A stretch of 64,000 nt of DNA from the human T2T-CHM13v2.0 reference genome, Homo sapiens, in the NCBI RefSeq assembly GCF_009914755.1, contig NC_060928.1. One strand, given 5' to 3'. Of the stretch, positions 1-15,285 are shown in pieces (within the stretch, counting starts at the first letter, position 1; every line of letters starts with the position of its first letter). The position numbers were made by a program, and so were the translations under genes. The notes below the pieces were generated by a model that worked only from the letters and a program-made list of their open reading frames with translations, was not told the origin of the DNA and ran no database searches.

Positions 1-1090
1 GGTTGACAGGAGCGCTTTGCTGTCTTTAACACACTCCATTCGGTTTGCCTGGGAGCCATTCCCATTCCAGCCAGCCCAAAGGGGAAATGAGCATGGAGGA
101 ATATGTGTGGTAAGTTTTTATAGGCCAGACCTGGAAATGGTGCCATTCATAAACACTACTGTTAAAGTGGCTATGAGTCAGCCATGTGGGCACACTTAAT
201 AGCAAGAGGAGCTAGGGAATGTAGTAGTGTGTCCCAGGAAGAAAGCAGCATGGGTCAGGGTAAGTGGTTGGCTGACTGCCACACCTCTGTGTATTGGATC
301 TCGTTTTCCTTTTGTATTGCTAGAATTTATACACCAATAGTTTTCTTTGATTCAAATGTACATGGAAGGGGAATTCTTCAGTCTTTACATGTCAAAAAAC
401 AATTTTACCTCATACTGACTCAGTTGACTCTGCATATCAAAGTCACAGCTCCACCCTCATCTAGTATTCTGTATGTTACTCAGCAGTCCATGCCATTCTG
501 CATGCTCATCCTTTTCACTTGCTTTATTTTTTTCTCTTAATAATCTCTTGGTGTTGCATCTTTGTTGCTGGTTCCGAAATACCACGTTTTATTGATTGTA
601 TTAGGTATTAAGTGTCTCTTTCAATGTGGAAACCCATGAAGTTCAGTTTTAGACATATTATCTCCTTGATAATTTGTTCCCTCTTCCCTCTTTCTCAAAT
701 TCTGATTAGTCAGAAGTTGGACTTACTGAATTGTTCTAATTTCCTTGCCTACTGCTTTGGAAGAGTCTATTGGAAAAACAGCTTTGAAACAGTTTATTGG
801 GTGTTCAGTTTTTCCCCACATAACCTATGTGGAGATGTTCCATATAGCCAAGGGATACACCTGTCAAGTGATGGCTATTTATTTTAGTGATTTATTGGGA
901 AGCAGAGGTCACTGTATCATGTCATACTTGCTTCCCATTCTTCTTTGTTTTCTTTTTCCCTTATTTTCTACCCTGGGATTACACTTCACAATAACGCAAT
1001 CATGCTTTGCCTTAGTCTATATTCTGAAAGGAATCTCCGTATGCATGTCAAGGTTGAGGGGTGTTTGTCAGCTACAAATGTTAGGGTGCT

Positions 1091-1296
1091 TGTTATGGAC
1101 GGAATATTTGTTGAAGGTCTAAGCCTCAATGTGATGGTATTTGGAGGTGGAGCCTTTGGGAAGTAATTAGGTTTAGATGAGGACATGAAGGTGGGCCTCC
1201 CTGATGGAATTAGTATCCTTATATAGCAATAGTTATATACAATTATAAGGATATAAGGATATCCTTATTCTTATAAGAAGAGGAAGAAAGTCCAGA

Positions 1297-1354
<58 letters not shown>

Positions 1355-1548
1355 TGTGCAACATGTGACGACACAGCAAGACAGTGCCTACCTACAAGCC
1401 AGGAAGAGGGCCCTCACTAGGAATGGAATCTTTATGGTCCTTGATCTTGGACTTCCCAGCCTCCAGAATCATGAGAAATTAATATGTGTTGTTTGAGCCA
1501 CCCAGACTATACGGTTTTTTGTTATGAAAGCCCAAACTGACCATGACA
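1091..1548 (+). mobile_element. MLT1A/MLT1A0 MaLR LTR
   Basis: Starts tgttatggac, contains 'aatgtgatggtatttggaggtggagcctttgggaagtaattagg' and 'ttggacttcccagcctccagaa', ends gaccatgaca; matches the MLT1A pattern. Confidence 0.8.
1299..1358. repeat. Compound (TC)n(TG)n microsatellite inside the MLT1A LTR
   Basis: Seen directly. Confidence 0.95.
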
Positions 1549-2244
1549 GTACCTTTTCACTGGATGATTCTGAAATTATCAGTACATGTCAGTCTTTTCT
1601 CAGGGGTAATTTAGATTCTCCAGAGAAGAATCCTTCAATCTGCTATCCAGTCTGTTGCCAAAATTCTGGAAGTAGAGCAGGAGAAGGGAGTCCAGAAACT
1701 ACAATTCAGTGTGACAATTTTCTCCATATTAGGCCTCCATGCCTTGTCCTTTTGCCAGTCCTAGTGTCTCAAAGTCAAGAGTCTCTAATCAAATTTCTCC
1801 AGAGAATAAGACTCCTTGGGCAGGTTGGAAGCACATGGGGATAGGGTCTTCTGGCTGGGCCATGTAAGGCAGGGGATTGGTGAGCTCAATCATTCTATAA
1901 AACTTTCAACAAGCATTCCTGTTTTCATCCAGGCTTCTCACCTCTGCCTTCTGTAGTACCTGGAGTACCTGGAGAATCCAAGTGCAGAACATCTAAGGGT
2001 TCCTACATGGCAAACTGCCTCGTTCCTCATTAAATTTCTCATTCCTGTTACTTCTTCCAAGTACACAGGTGTCAAATCCATTTCTACTTCTCCATATACT
2101 TTCCATATTCCAAAAATGTATTGCCATTGTTGCCCGCTCTTCTTTTCTTTCTTATATGTTTTGACGTTGTGTTATTATCTCTTGTTATTCCTCTTTTCTT
2201 ATTTAGTGAGGATGTATGACAGCGCAATCCTCCAGCTTATCCTT

Positions 2245-2670
2245 GAGCCATTTCCACTGCCCAGAAACTTCTCTTACTGAGGTTAGCAAAGATCTCCATG
2301 TTGCCAATATACTGGGGGCTTTTCTAGCTTTATATTCCCCAGCTCCACAGCCAGAGATGATATTGTTGGTCATTCTCTATACAACACCTCTCCAGGCATC
2401 TCCTGGTTTTTCTCATACATTACTGGTCCTAATTATCTATCTTCTTTCTTGGATTCTTCACCTCCACCTGACCTTGACATATTGAAATTCCCCAGGTCTT
2501 AGGACCTCTCTTTTCTAGCTATGCTTTTTCTCTGGGTAATTTCATCCATTCTCATGGCTTTAACTACTATCTACTTCTAGATTAATATTTCTAGACCTCA
2601 CCTCTCCTCTGAGCTCCAGATTCTTCTACCCAGCCCCCTATTTAACATCTCCTTTTAGACATCAAATAAT
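2245..2670 (+). mobile_element. L2 fragment (RT region), apparently resumes at ~3335-3690
   Basis: 'ccactgcccagaaacttctcttactgaggttagcaaagatctccatgttgccaa' and 'ctctcctctgagctccaga' resemble L2 sense consensus. Confidence 0.6.
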
Positions 2671-2677
2671 TATTTTT

Positions 2678-3310
2678 ACTCATTCAGCCAACATTTATTG
2701 GGTATCTACTATGTGTCAGGGAATATTCTAGGTTCTTGGGACAGATTAATGTCAAATACCTCTCTCTCATGATGCTTTCACAGGAGACAAGACAAAGATT
2801 AATAATAGACTTTATAGAAGTGTTATAGTATAACAAAAGGTGATGAAATAGAAGTGATACAAAAAAGAAAGAGTAGAGTGCCAGGGATGAAAGAGCAGTT
2901 AGGATTTTAAATGAGATTGTCTGTGTAGATCTCACTGAGATACTGAAATGTGACCAAAACTTGAAGGAAATGAAGTCAGGAAGGTATCTAAGATATCTGT
3001 AGAAAAATTATTCCAGGCAAAAGGAAGAGACTACAAGGGTCCTGAGAGAGGAATGTGCCTGGCAAGTTCAAGGAAGAGCAAGGAGATCGGTGGAACAGAA
3101 TGAGCAAGGAGAGTGTAGGCAATGAAGTAACGAGGAGAGGGTTGGAGGGGGGGAGAAAATATAAGAATTATATATCATTGAAATGACTTCAGCTTTAACT
3201 CCAGAATTAGACATGGACTTATTGGATAGTTTTAAAAAAAATTTTTAAAGGTTCCTCTTAGCGCTGTGCAGTGAATAGATACCATAATGGAGTATGGGTA
3301 AAACAAGTAG
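2678..3310 (-). mobile_element. L2 3' fragment, antisense, lying between the two + strand L2 pieces
   Basis: Begins 'cattcagccaacatttattgggtatctactatgtgtcagg', the reverse complement of the L2 3' end. Confidence 0.65.
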
Positions 3311-3692
3311 GAGACTGGGTCTGTCTAGTGCAGAAATTTCAAACTTAACATGTATAAAACTGAATTTTTAATCATTCTCCCGTAAATCTAGTCTTCTCTA
3401 TCTCTGCCCAGAAGCTGAGGCCAGACACTTATGAGTCAGGCTCAGTTCCTCCTTTTCTATCACCTCCTTCTCTCTAAACCCATCAGTAAATCCTAACCTC
3501 ATCCTGTGAACTCCTCACCATCTCCGCAGCCATCCTGTTTGTTCAACAACCATTGTCTCTTGCCTGGTCTGTCACAACTGCCTCCTCATTTATCTCCTGC
3601 TTTCACTCTTACCACAATCCATTTTTTTCCAACAGTAATCTTTTGAAAATGTAAATCAAATCACATCATTCCTTGCTTAAACATCATCAATA

Positions 3693-3870
3693 GGAAATGG
3701 AGAGAAACTGCTTACTAAGTAAGAGTTGTATTTGGAGTGAAGGCATGTTTGCAAATTAGATAAAAGTGGTGGTTGCACATACCGCAAAAGTACTAAAAGC
3801 CACTGAATTGTTCACCTTTAAATGGTTAATTTTATATTACATGAATTTCACCTCAATCAATTTTTAAAAA
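3693..3870 (+). mobile_element. Old L1 (L1MB-like) 3' end
   Basis: 'gtggtggttgcaca...gccactgaattgttcacctttaaatggttaattttatattacatgaatttcacctcaat'. Confidence 0.7.
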
Positions 3871-4151
3871 CGCTTTGATGGCTAGTCATTGCATTTCTTA
3901 CTATATAATTAGGTGTAGATTTGGTTGCAAGTTTTAGAAAACCCAAAATAATAGGGACTTAAACAACATAGAAGTTTATTTCTCTTTCACATTAAAAAAA
4001 AAAAACCCTGAGAATGGCCCTTATCAATAGTCAGATAGGATGTACATGGAGTGCAATGAGGTAAATATATTTGACTGAGGGACTGAGAACACCAATCAGT
4101 GCTATTCTCCATGACATAATCCCAGACATAAGTTACAGGATAGTGCAGTGT

Positions 4152-4152
<1 letters not shown>

Positions 4153-4182
<30 letters not shown>
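4153..4182 (+). repeat. Poly(A)30 run
   Basis: 30 consecutive A, no Alu/L1 body immediately upstream. Confidence 0.95.
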
Positions 4183-4184
<2 letters not shown>

Positions 4185-4799
4185 ACAGCAGCCTAGATAA
4201 ATAAGGCTCTGGAATCAAATTCGTGACAATTACTGGGGTCTCCTTCACTGGGGCTACCACAGCAGCAGAGACACATCATCTGATGATTGGGGGTGTCTGT
4301 CACTCTCTTAGCCAACCCTTGGGGTTCATTCCTCCCAAATCATCATCTCCTAAAAAAAGAAATTTTTTTTCTATTTATTATTCAAATGTATTATACTTTA
4401 TAAAAAAGAAAAATGCTGAGATGGTCTTTCAAAACCATTATTTAGGGGTAGAAACTGCCAAAACAATACAGAAATCAGAAGAGAAAGAGCAATAAAATTT
4501 TCCAGTTTGGGAAGGGAGAAAAACACAACGATAAAAGCATTCCTTTGCCTTTTTTCTCTGCCACCCAAGTTCTATTTGTACTTGACAAGACCAAACTAAA
4601 CTTTTTTGCCTTGTTAGGAACTGCAAGGATTTTTCCAAATCTTTTTTTCCCAGACCACAACAGACCTCTTTCAGTATAGCTGGTTGATTTCAACTTTTCA
4701 CCTTAATCCCATTGGATTTCTCTCCCCCGTTTTCTCAAGAGAATGTCATTTGAGTACATATTTCAGTGCCAAAAGAATGAGGGAAATGTTTTGGTTGGA

Positions 4800-5098
<299 letters not shown>

Positions 5099-6588
5099 GA
5101 ATATTTTTATATCACTAATTACTGCTCAGTGAGGCTCGGATGCTCCAGTATAAAAACAGATTCCTTCTTTCAGACATGTTTTCATTTGGCCAGAACTCTG
5201 CATCCATCTTTCTGTTGTTGCAGTGGAAGACTTCATGGGAGACAATCTCAAAGAGTTTCAAGGACTAAGGAATTGCCTTATTAAATGGTGGTATCTCAAA
5301 TTTTTTTTTTGCTTCATTGACTATTTCATTTACCTCCCTAATATTTCTGCAATTCTAAGCATTTCTGTTCATGTAAAGTAAGAACAGTGTCTCAGTTAAG
5401 AGCATGGTCTCTGAAGCCAGCTGCTTAGTTGAAGCCTGGCTAAGAAAGCTGTACAATCTTGAGGGCTCCCTCAGTTTCCTCATCTTATTGAGATGTAGAA
5501 CTGAGATATGCCAAGCACATTCTAAGTGCAATGTAAGTGCTAGCAATATCCAAGAGTTAGGTATACACTTGTTGCTGTGGATCATATGAGGCAAGACTGA
5601 CACCATCCTGCCCATATGCAGCTTATTAAGGTTTAGGCAAATTACTTAACATAGACTTGATTTAATTATTTGTAATAAAGTGTCTCTCTCACAAGATTGT
5701 TGTGAAAATCACGAGATATGCCAAGAAACATGCTTAATATGAGGTATGGTGAATATTAAACACTCAATGAGAACTGATATTGTCTGGCAAGAAAAGCGGA
5801 TAATTAAACAGCCTTAGAAATGTAATTATAATAGAAAAAGTTCAGGGTGCTAAAGGAGCACCCACCAGGATATCTAAATTGAGTCCTGATAAATAAGAAG
5901 GAGTTAGCCAGATAAAGAAGAAGGGAAAGAGAGGTTCCAGAAAAGGAGGCCAGAGAGCCTCACCATTTTAGATGAACTAAAAGAAGTTTAACACAGAATG
6001 GGAGCTGGGAATAGCAAAAGAAAAAAATGAAGTGGTAGACAGAAATCAAGTTATAATAAACATTTTAAGCTACACTCGCAGTTGTATTTGATCCTGAGAA
6101 ATAGGAGAAACAAGAAGCTATGCAATGGGCTTAAGCAGGATAGTGATAAAACCAGAAGGCACAGAAGGCATCTTAGAGTCTGGTGGCCACAGAGAGTGGA
6201 ATGGAATGGAGGGGACCAAAACTGGAGGCTGGAGATGCCTTCAGAAGCTGCTGTTGATCCTAACTGAGAGATGGAAGGGGGCACTTGGGCAGGGTAGTGA
6301 CAACAGGTGGAGACCTAGTATCCTTCATCAGTCACGCTGCTTTGCTGAGCACTTCACATCTTCATTTGAAATGTCCCCTTTTTTTCTTATATGTACAGAG
6401 TTCACTGTGACTGTTTCTTTGGTTCAGCTATTCTCTGTAGTGAGGAGTATTATTTGTCCTCCTGAAACTTCAAAAATGTGATACCACTGCTGCAGGTGCT
6501 GGAGGAGCATTCACCCGTGTTTGCTGGCTTCGGTGCTTATTATCTCCCACAAAGAGATTATCTCCCACAGTTTTATTTTCCTCAATTC

Positions 6589-6883
6589 TTTTTTTTTTTT
6601 TTTGAGATGGAGTCTTGCCCTGTTGCCCAGGCTGGAGTGCAGTGGTGCAATCTCAGCTCACTGCAGGCCTCCGCCTCCTGGGTTCAAGTGATTCTCCTGC
6701 CTCAGCCTCCCGAGTAGCTGGGACTACAGGCGCATGCTGCCACACCCAGCTAATTTTTGTATTTTTAGTAGAGACGGAGTTTCACCATGTTGGCCAGGAT
6801 GGTCTTGATCTCCTGACCTCATGGTCCACCGCCTCAGCCTCCCAAAGTGCTGGGATTACAGGCGTGAGCCACCGCACCCAGCC
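6589..6883 (-). mobile_element. Alu (AluSc-like)
   Basis: Full dimer; diverged 17-bp TSD tattttcctcaattctt (6574-6590) / tatctcccacaattctt (6884-6900). Confidence 0.95.
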
Positions 6884-7902
6884 TATCTCCCACAATTCTT
6901 AATCAGATGTTGTTTAAGCATTGTACCATGGGTTTTACATGCTGCTGTCTGAAGCTGCCCCCAGATATGCCATGTGACCAGCAGTGACGCAGAGATGATT
7001 AGGACCGTAGTTTTCTATCCAGAAGGTTAATGTTTTACCTTACCTGGAGGAGGAGTACAAGTACTTCTTCAAAAAATCAAATAATGAGTTACAAATGTCT
7101 TCACCACCTGACCATACCCTATCAAACAATTTTTTTAAATTCCTTGGGAATGACTTGGCTGGTGGGGGACAGGAAGAGTGTAAATTAGCTCTTTCATGGG
7201 AGCCCCACCCCCTCTAAGCACCGACTTCTTCATCAGAGTACAATGTGACTTGGCATAATCCATATAGAGGTTATGAGTTGTAATAAGATTAATGAGCAAT
7301 AACTAGTTTATTTAAATAAAGAAGAAATGCCATGTTAAAGGTCATTGACCTTAACTGTTTTTCTCATAAAGCAATATGGGATTTGCAGACGAGAGGATTT
7401 ATGGTTTGTTTTGTTTTTATTTTTGTCCAATAGATACCCTGGGAAGAATGACCTCAAGCAAAATTGTAAGTAAAGGAGGTGAACTTAGCATTTCCTACTT
7501 TACTGTTCGCTTTACTCTTTGCTTTCCCAGCCTTCAACTAAGACAGGCCCAGTCCCAGGGAAGCAAAGATGATCACGGACTCAGATGGCAAGAAGAACCT
7601 GCTGAAAAACATGGATTTGGGGTCATGAAGATAACAGAAGGAAGTGAAAGTCAGAGCCAATTCAGTTGAGATCAATGTCCAATCTGAGTGCCATGAACAG
7701 CAGGTCTTCCTCCCCTTCTCCTCCCTTCTGACCCTCCCGTGTGCAACTTAACAGGTAACTTCACAAACTTCAGATTTGTACTGCCACTACAACAGCAAGC
7801 TTTGCTCCATGTCACTAGTGCCAAAAAGACCTTTGGTCACTACTAGATTAAATCGTATCATTACTTGGAACTGTGTCCAGTCCAAAACAATAAACTTGTA
7901 AA

Positions 7903-7912
7903 TCTCCCTCTT

Positions 7913-7951
<39 letters not shown>
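7903..7951. repeat. (TC)n microsatellite
   Basis: Seen directly. Confidence 0.95.
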
Positions 7952-7954
<3 letters not shown>

Positions 7955-8124
7955 AACAATGTCCTCAAATCTACACTTCAAGTTCACATGGAGACTCGGT
8001 CCTTATCCCTTTCCCAAACCCCCCAGTTTCCTCCTCCCCTTCATGGACTTTGTAGTCTAACCTGAATTCTCTCCCCTCACTGAATTAAATTTATTAGGTT
8101 TCTACTTTATACCATTGTTCTAGA

Positions 8125-8300
8125 CCAGTTGTTCTCAACCTGGTTGTACACTGGAACCATTCGTAGAGCTTAACACACACACACTGTGAGTAGTCCCCAC
8201 CTAGAGATTCTAATATAATTGGTTCATGGTGCAGCTTAGGTATAAGAATTGTTAAAGCTCTCCAGGTGATTCTAATCCACAGGTAAGATTAAGGAAAGCA
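8125..8300. mobile_element. MER5A-like hAT-Charlie MITE
   Basis: 'cagttgttctcaacctgg...agagattctaat...aagctctccaggtgattctaat'. Confidence 0.7.
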
Positions 8301-8346
8301 GGTACTGATCCAGGTGCTGAAGATATATAAATAAAAAGACAACTAA

Positions 8347-8719
<373 letters not shown>

Positions 8720-9899
8720 AGCTGCCTCAATTATCTTGCCAGCTTGTTCTCTTACTATAGTTGCTCCTTCAGGTTTTGGTCTTAAATGAAACCATCAAAC
8801 CACTGACTGGACTCAAGCTCCCAGGTGTCCTGGCACAGCTGTGTTAAACATGTGACTCTGCTGATTAGCTGCATTACAAATGTATGAGCTCCATTATCAG
8901 CTTGGCTTTCAACGCTGGAAAAATTTTACTTATATTTTGCCAACTCCCTTTCTCATTTCTGTTAGTAGATATTTCAAATCTTTATCTCTCTCTTAAGCCC
9001 CCATCAAGATCCTGCCTCTCTAAGCTGATAATTCAACCTCTTATTTAACAAAGAAAATCACAGACATGGTAGTAAACTCCTTCAGTGATCTTCCTCTCAA
9101 CATTAACACTATACCTTTTTTCTCACTTGTATTTTTCATTTCTTTCTCTCTTCTCTACTCTCTACAAATGTGCTCAAGCATCTGCCTGCTGAATCTGCTT
9201 TGAATCACTCCGTTTCCTCTCTCTCCACTCACTGACCTATATCTTGAAAGAAATCCCTATACTTGTGGCCACAGCCTCCTTTTTTCCACTTATTCCTTCA
9301 TATTTGCAACTTGATTTCCAATGCTATTACTCTGTAGGACTTCTTCCCAATTATTCCATGTCATGACACCCAAAGAAAATTATTATGTTTATTCAGCATC
9401 TGAGGACAACAAACAAGGTAACTTTAGCTGCTCCTGGCCATGTCAGAAACTGAAGGGGCTTATCTTGAGCTCACCTGTAATCATTCATGACTTACCAGCC
9501 TGCCTTGGCATATGAGGTGGGAAGGTCTGCTCCACTGAGCTGCTCTGGCGAGGGACACTAGTGGCCCCCATTGACAAGCCCCACATCTGCTTCTCTGTCC
9601 TCATCTGCTCTATAGCAGAGTTTATTGATTGTGAAAATTCTTTAGTTAAAGTTGTCACAGGTTGGTCAAGATAATGTGGAATTGGAAGCCAGAAAGTAGG
9701 TGAGAATAAGAGAAGGCTACTTTCCTTTCACTGTCTCGTAAATTAAATCATTTGAGAGAACTCTGCCATCAACAGGCAATGCCTTGGAATCCATGCTCAG
9801 ATTAGGTGGCCAGAGATAGTCATTACTACAGGCAAAGGGCCTCAGAGTCTTAATTTGGCTAAGCAATGGGTAAATGGTGACACTCAAGAATTACTTGTA

Positions 9900-10195
<296 letters not shown>

Positions 10196-10270
10196 GAATT
10201 ACTTGTATATCACTGTAGCCCTATAATGGTCTCACAAATTAATTGTAAGTAATTAAGATCCTGAGCATAG

Positions 10271-10654
<384 letters not shown>

Positions 10655-10985
10655 ACGTGTGTATGTTTTAACTTGGGATTGTCCAGGGAAAACCTGTTCA
10701 CTTTACCTTTACATAGATTCCTTTTCTCCTTATTGGCCCTTACTGTAGAGGTTAAGGTTTGGCCTGAGAAAAGAGCATTTTCCACTAAAATAAGAGAGGA
10801 TAGAATGTTAACAGCTTGGCATACAACTATATATCTAAACTGTATAGCAGTTGGTAGATATAGTGGGAGGTGGCCTGACAGAGTAACTGGCTAAGTGAAA
10901 TTCTGAGATTATGGTCTCTTCCATTTGTCCTATTATTCCTATCCCAAACTGGGCTGGGGATGCTGGAATTTACTGCTTTAGGGAG

Positions 10986-11493
10986 TTGTGCTGGCTACTC
11001 ATCATTTCCTCCTCCAGATCCATTCTCCACCCTTCTCAGCCCTGTTCTCTACGCCTGGACGCTGACTGCATCGCCTGGGTGTCCTCACCCTTCAGCTTCT
11101 GATCGGGGGTCCATCAGTAGGAGATACCAGGAAGAAATCTGAGAGTAGGAGGAGAGATCGGGATAATTGCACCTCTCACTCTCTCCCTCTTTTGCTGCAG
11201 TTCTGAGCAGCTACAGTCCTCCACCTAAGGCCACAGCTCTCGCCCAGCAGCTCCCCTCAGACAATCCTTCTTCCATAATTCCAGCTCTTGTTGGCTCTGG
11301 AAACATTTTTCCTTCCCCTTACAGCTTACAGGTGGTAATGACTTCCCAGTAGACACTGGGTTTTTCATCATTTTTTATTGTATCTTTGTGCTGGCCTCTC
11401 TGCTACACCCTTTATAAACAGTCCCTTCATTAAGGTCTTTTTTGTTAAACTCTTTGAGTATGCATCTTTTCCTTGCCAAGATCCTAACTATAT
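10986..11493 (+). mobile_element. ERVL LTR (LTR33-like)
   Basis: 'ccagatccattctccacccttctcagccctgttctct', 'aggccacagctc', 'aaacagtcccttcattaa' resemble LTR33. Confidence 0.55.
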
Positions 11494-11838
11494 GAGTACA
11501 TGTATAGCTATATGCCTATGCTTCTGCATTTCAGTGAATATAATTACTATTATTATTCTAGGTTTTTCTGTTAACTTTTTCTATTTATGTAGTTATCTAC
11601 AACTTAAATTACTTAGCATGTAGGAGGGGCAGTGGGAGGCCAGAAGCTAGCTTGTTGGCACTGCCAGAAACAGTTAAAACCAGTTCTAAGTGGATTGGCA
11701 TGTCGCCCATAAGTTGGGTTGAAAACGTATGAAAATAAATTTTAATTTACTTCCAGGTGAAATATGATTACATTATGATGAATATAATTCTAAGTGTTTA
11801 TCTTATTTTTCCCAACCGTATTGAGGAAAAAAAAAAAC

Positions 11839-12120
<282 letters not shown>

Positions 12121-12167
12121 TGAAACTAGGAATATATGCTACTCTTTTGTCTCTTTTATAAAACTCA

Positions 12168-12503
12168 GGCTAGGCATGGTGGCTCATGCCTGTAATCCTA
12201 GCACTTTGGAAAGTATGGCCGAGGTGAGTAGATTGCTTGAGCCCAGGCGTTTGAGACGAGTCTGGGCAACATGGAGAAATTTTGTCTCTACAAAAAAATA
12301 CGAAAATTAGCTGGGTGTGTTGACAGGCACCTATAGTCCTAGCTATGCAGGAGGATGAGGTGGAAGGGGCACCTGAGCCTAGGAAATCGAGGCTGTGGTG
12401 AGCTGTGATTGTGCCACTGCACTCCAGCCTGGGTGACAGAGTGAGACCCTGTCTCAAAAAATAAAAAATTAAAAAAAATTAAAAATAAAAATAATAAATA
12501 AAA
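12168..12503 (+). mobile_element. Alu (AluJ-like)
   Basis: Full dimer with A-rich tail; TSD ataaaactca (12158-12167 / 12498-12507). Confidence 0.9.
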
Positions 12504-13967
12504 CTCAGCATACAATAAGTACTTGATAAATGTTTATGGGTTAAATGGGTTTGAAATGGGTGAAAAGGACACTTAATTAAATGTATTTATTGAATAGCAA
12601 CAAGTTGCTAATAGTGAAACCTGGAATATATGCCACAAAAATAAGGTAAATTCCTCCTTCAAATTTAATCAGAAGAAAAGTAAACGTAATATATTAAACC
12701 ACATGAGAGGAAGAGAGGGTTAAAAGAAAGACGAGATTAATTTATGTGAACCTGCTAGAACAGGGCAAGGGCAGGAGAGAATGAAGACTATCAGGTTGGG
12801 TGTGTCTATGAGGCTGGGGTATTATGTCAGGAAATTCAGTAGAAAACATTGGATTTTGAAAGGCCAAAAAGAAATATGAAATGTTTTTTTAAAAAAAATA
12901 ATGATAGGCAATTACTTTCTTTTGAATATTTAAACATTTGATATTAATTACTGAATGCGGACTAAAAAGTCATAGAAATTTTATTTAAGGGGGTGTTGTA
13001 AAATATAACAAATGAGTTAATGGCATATGTAAGCGCTCTGGATTCTTTTCAGTAACACCATTAGTACAAATGCAAGGTGTTATTTCACATTGAATTTATA
13101 GATCATATGTATGATATATACTTTAATGGTTACTATCTGAAAACACACTTAAGCTTAGGAGAGTTGAAGAGGCTGAGGAGAAGTCAAGATTTCAGTCTAT
13201 TATTACTCCTCTTTCAGTCTCTTTATCATACCATATAAACTACTAGGAAGTTGTAAAGATTATTGACATAGTATTTATTCATGTTTGAGATCATTGACTG
13301 GATACTTTCATAAGGAAAATACAGCACTGCACAATTATTACCTTCCCTTCATTATAGAAAAGTTTGGATAATCAAGCAGACTTTGTATATTTCTCGTTAG
13401 ACAATTCAGCTTGAGTTAACTGCTGAAAAGTCAGGTCTGCATGAAGTTAGCATGTCCTCTGGCAATATCACTTTTTTTTTACACTCTTAATTAGAAAAAA
13501 AGTCTGTTTTAACTTGCAATTGAAGTACTTTTAGGAAGGGCAAGTTGGAGTAAGGTGATTTAATCATATGTAGTGCCCCAATAAACTGTGGAGAGGAGGA
13601 TGTATGTGTACTTCTCACTGGAATAGAGCCAGGGGAAACCACTGGAGAGGCAGTCGATAAAGACATGTGTGGTCTAGAAGGCTAGCAGGCTGTCCAGATG
13701 TATCCTACAGGGAGTCACTTTCCTGGTGTGGGCACCAGTCTGTTAAGAGTCTGGTCTTTAGTTTGGTAGGCTTGACATTCAATATTGCTAAAACACTAAG
13801 GTGACTAGCCTTCTAGTGACTGACTTACAAGAATTATAGTCACAGAACACTCTCAAAACCGGAATATAACTATTAAGCTTGTTAGTAAATTCCCTTCCTC
13901 TAGACTAGTCTAGGCTGGTGACTGACAAACAATGAAGGAGATTGGGAATGGGATGGTGAGGCCTCGT

Positions 13968-14288
<321 letters not shown>

Positions 14289-15285
14289 TGAGGCCACTGA
14301 GAAGAGGCCTCAGTCTCCCTGGAGAAGCTTTTCAAACAATTTAAGTCACCTCTGTCTTCCCTTCCCTTCTCTCTCTTATCCAACCCCAGACAGTCTTATA
14401 ATTTTGATAGCCCCTTCCAAAAAGATGGCATCATCCCTGATGAACATTATAGCTAATATTTCTTTAGATAGTATGTAATTTGCATCTACTGCATAGCAAA
14501 AAAATTGAGGATTATCACCTTAGCCTAAAAATTTCCAAATTTTTCTCAACGTAAAAATCATCTCAGGCACTTACTTGAAATAGTGGCTAGAATCCCTCCC
14601 CTGAGGGTTCATTAAATCATGGGTGAATCCCACATGGTGATGATCCTTAGGAAACTTGCAAGTTCAGGCAATGCTGCACTAGGCCAGTCCCCCTGGGAAT
14701 CAAATCGTTGTCAATGTACAGAACTCCTTTCCTTTGCTGCTGCTGAATTTTCCAAGGCGTGTGTTCCCAGTACTCTCCAGAAGACTCTCCGCCTATATCT
14801 GCCAGGTCCTATATGGCCCCAACACTTACCCCTTGATGATGGAAGTGAAGGTCATACAGTAAAAACAAAGCAATGTTAGCCAGTCAAGCACACACATAGA
14901 ATTCCACAGGTTAGACCAGCCTTACTTCTGGTTCAAGCATTATGTTTCAACCAGATTCCCCTGAGTGATGGATATTTATACTGTTTTCTCTAGCCCTATC
15001 AGTTTACTCCCTAACCACCCCTACTCCATCCACAGCTGTATATTATCCCAGCAGACCCCATGGCTTCCTCTTCTTGATCAGCAGAGTGGCCCTAGCTCTA
15101 CCCCTACTGAAATCTCTCTCTCTCTTCCCCAAGAGCTGCTCAGTACTTTTTAACTGTTTTTCTCCTACCTGTTTCCATAATATTCATCATGATTTGTCAT
15201 TCATTATCACATACATCTAAGCACAGGTTAGTGGTCTTTGGGTCCTGAGGGAGGAAAAGGGAAAAGGCAGGGATCCTCATAGCAG

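Noticed and set aside
17-1186. Cluster of 60-125 aa hydrophobic ORFs
   Set aside because: T-rich degenerate repeat sequence gives Phe/Leu/Ile-rich chance frames; no recognisable domain or splice structure.
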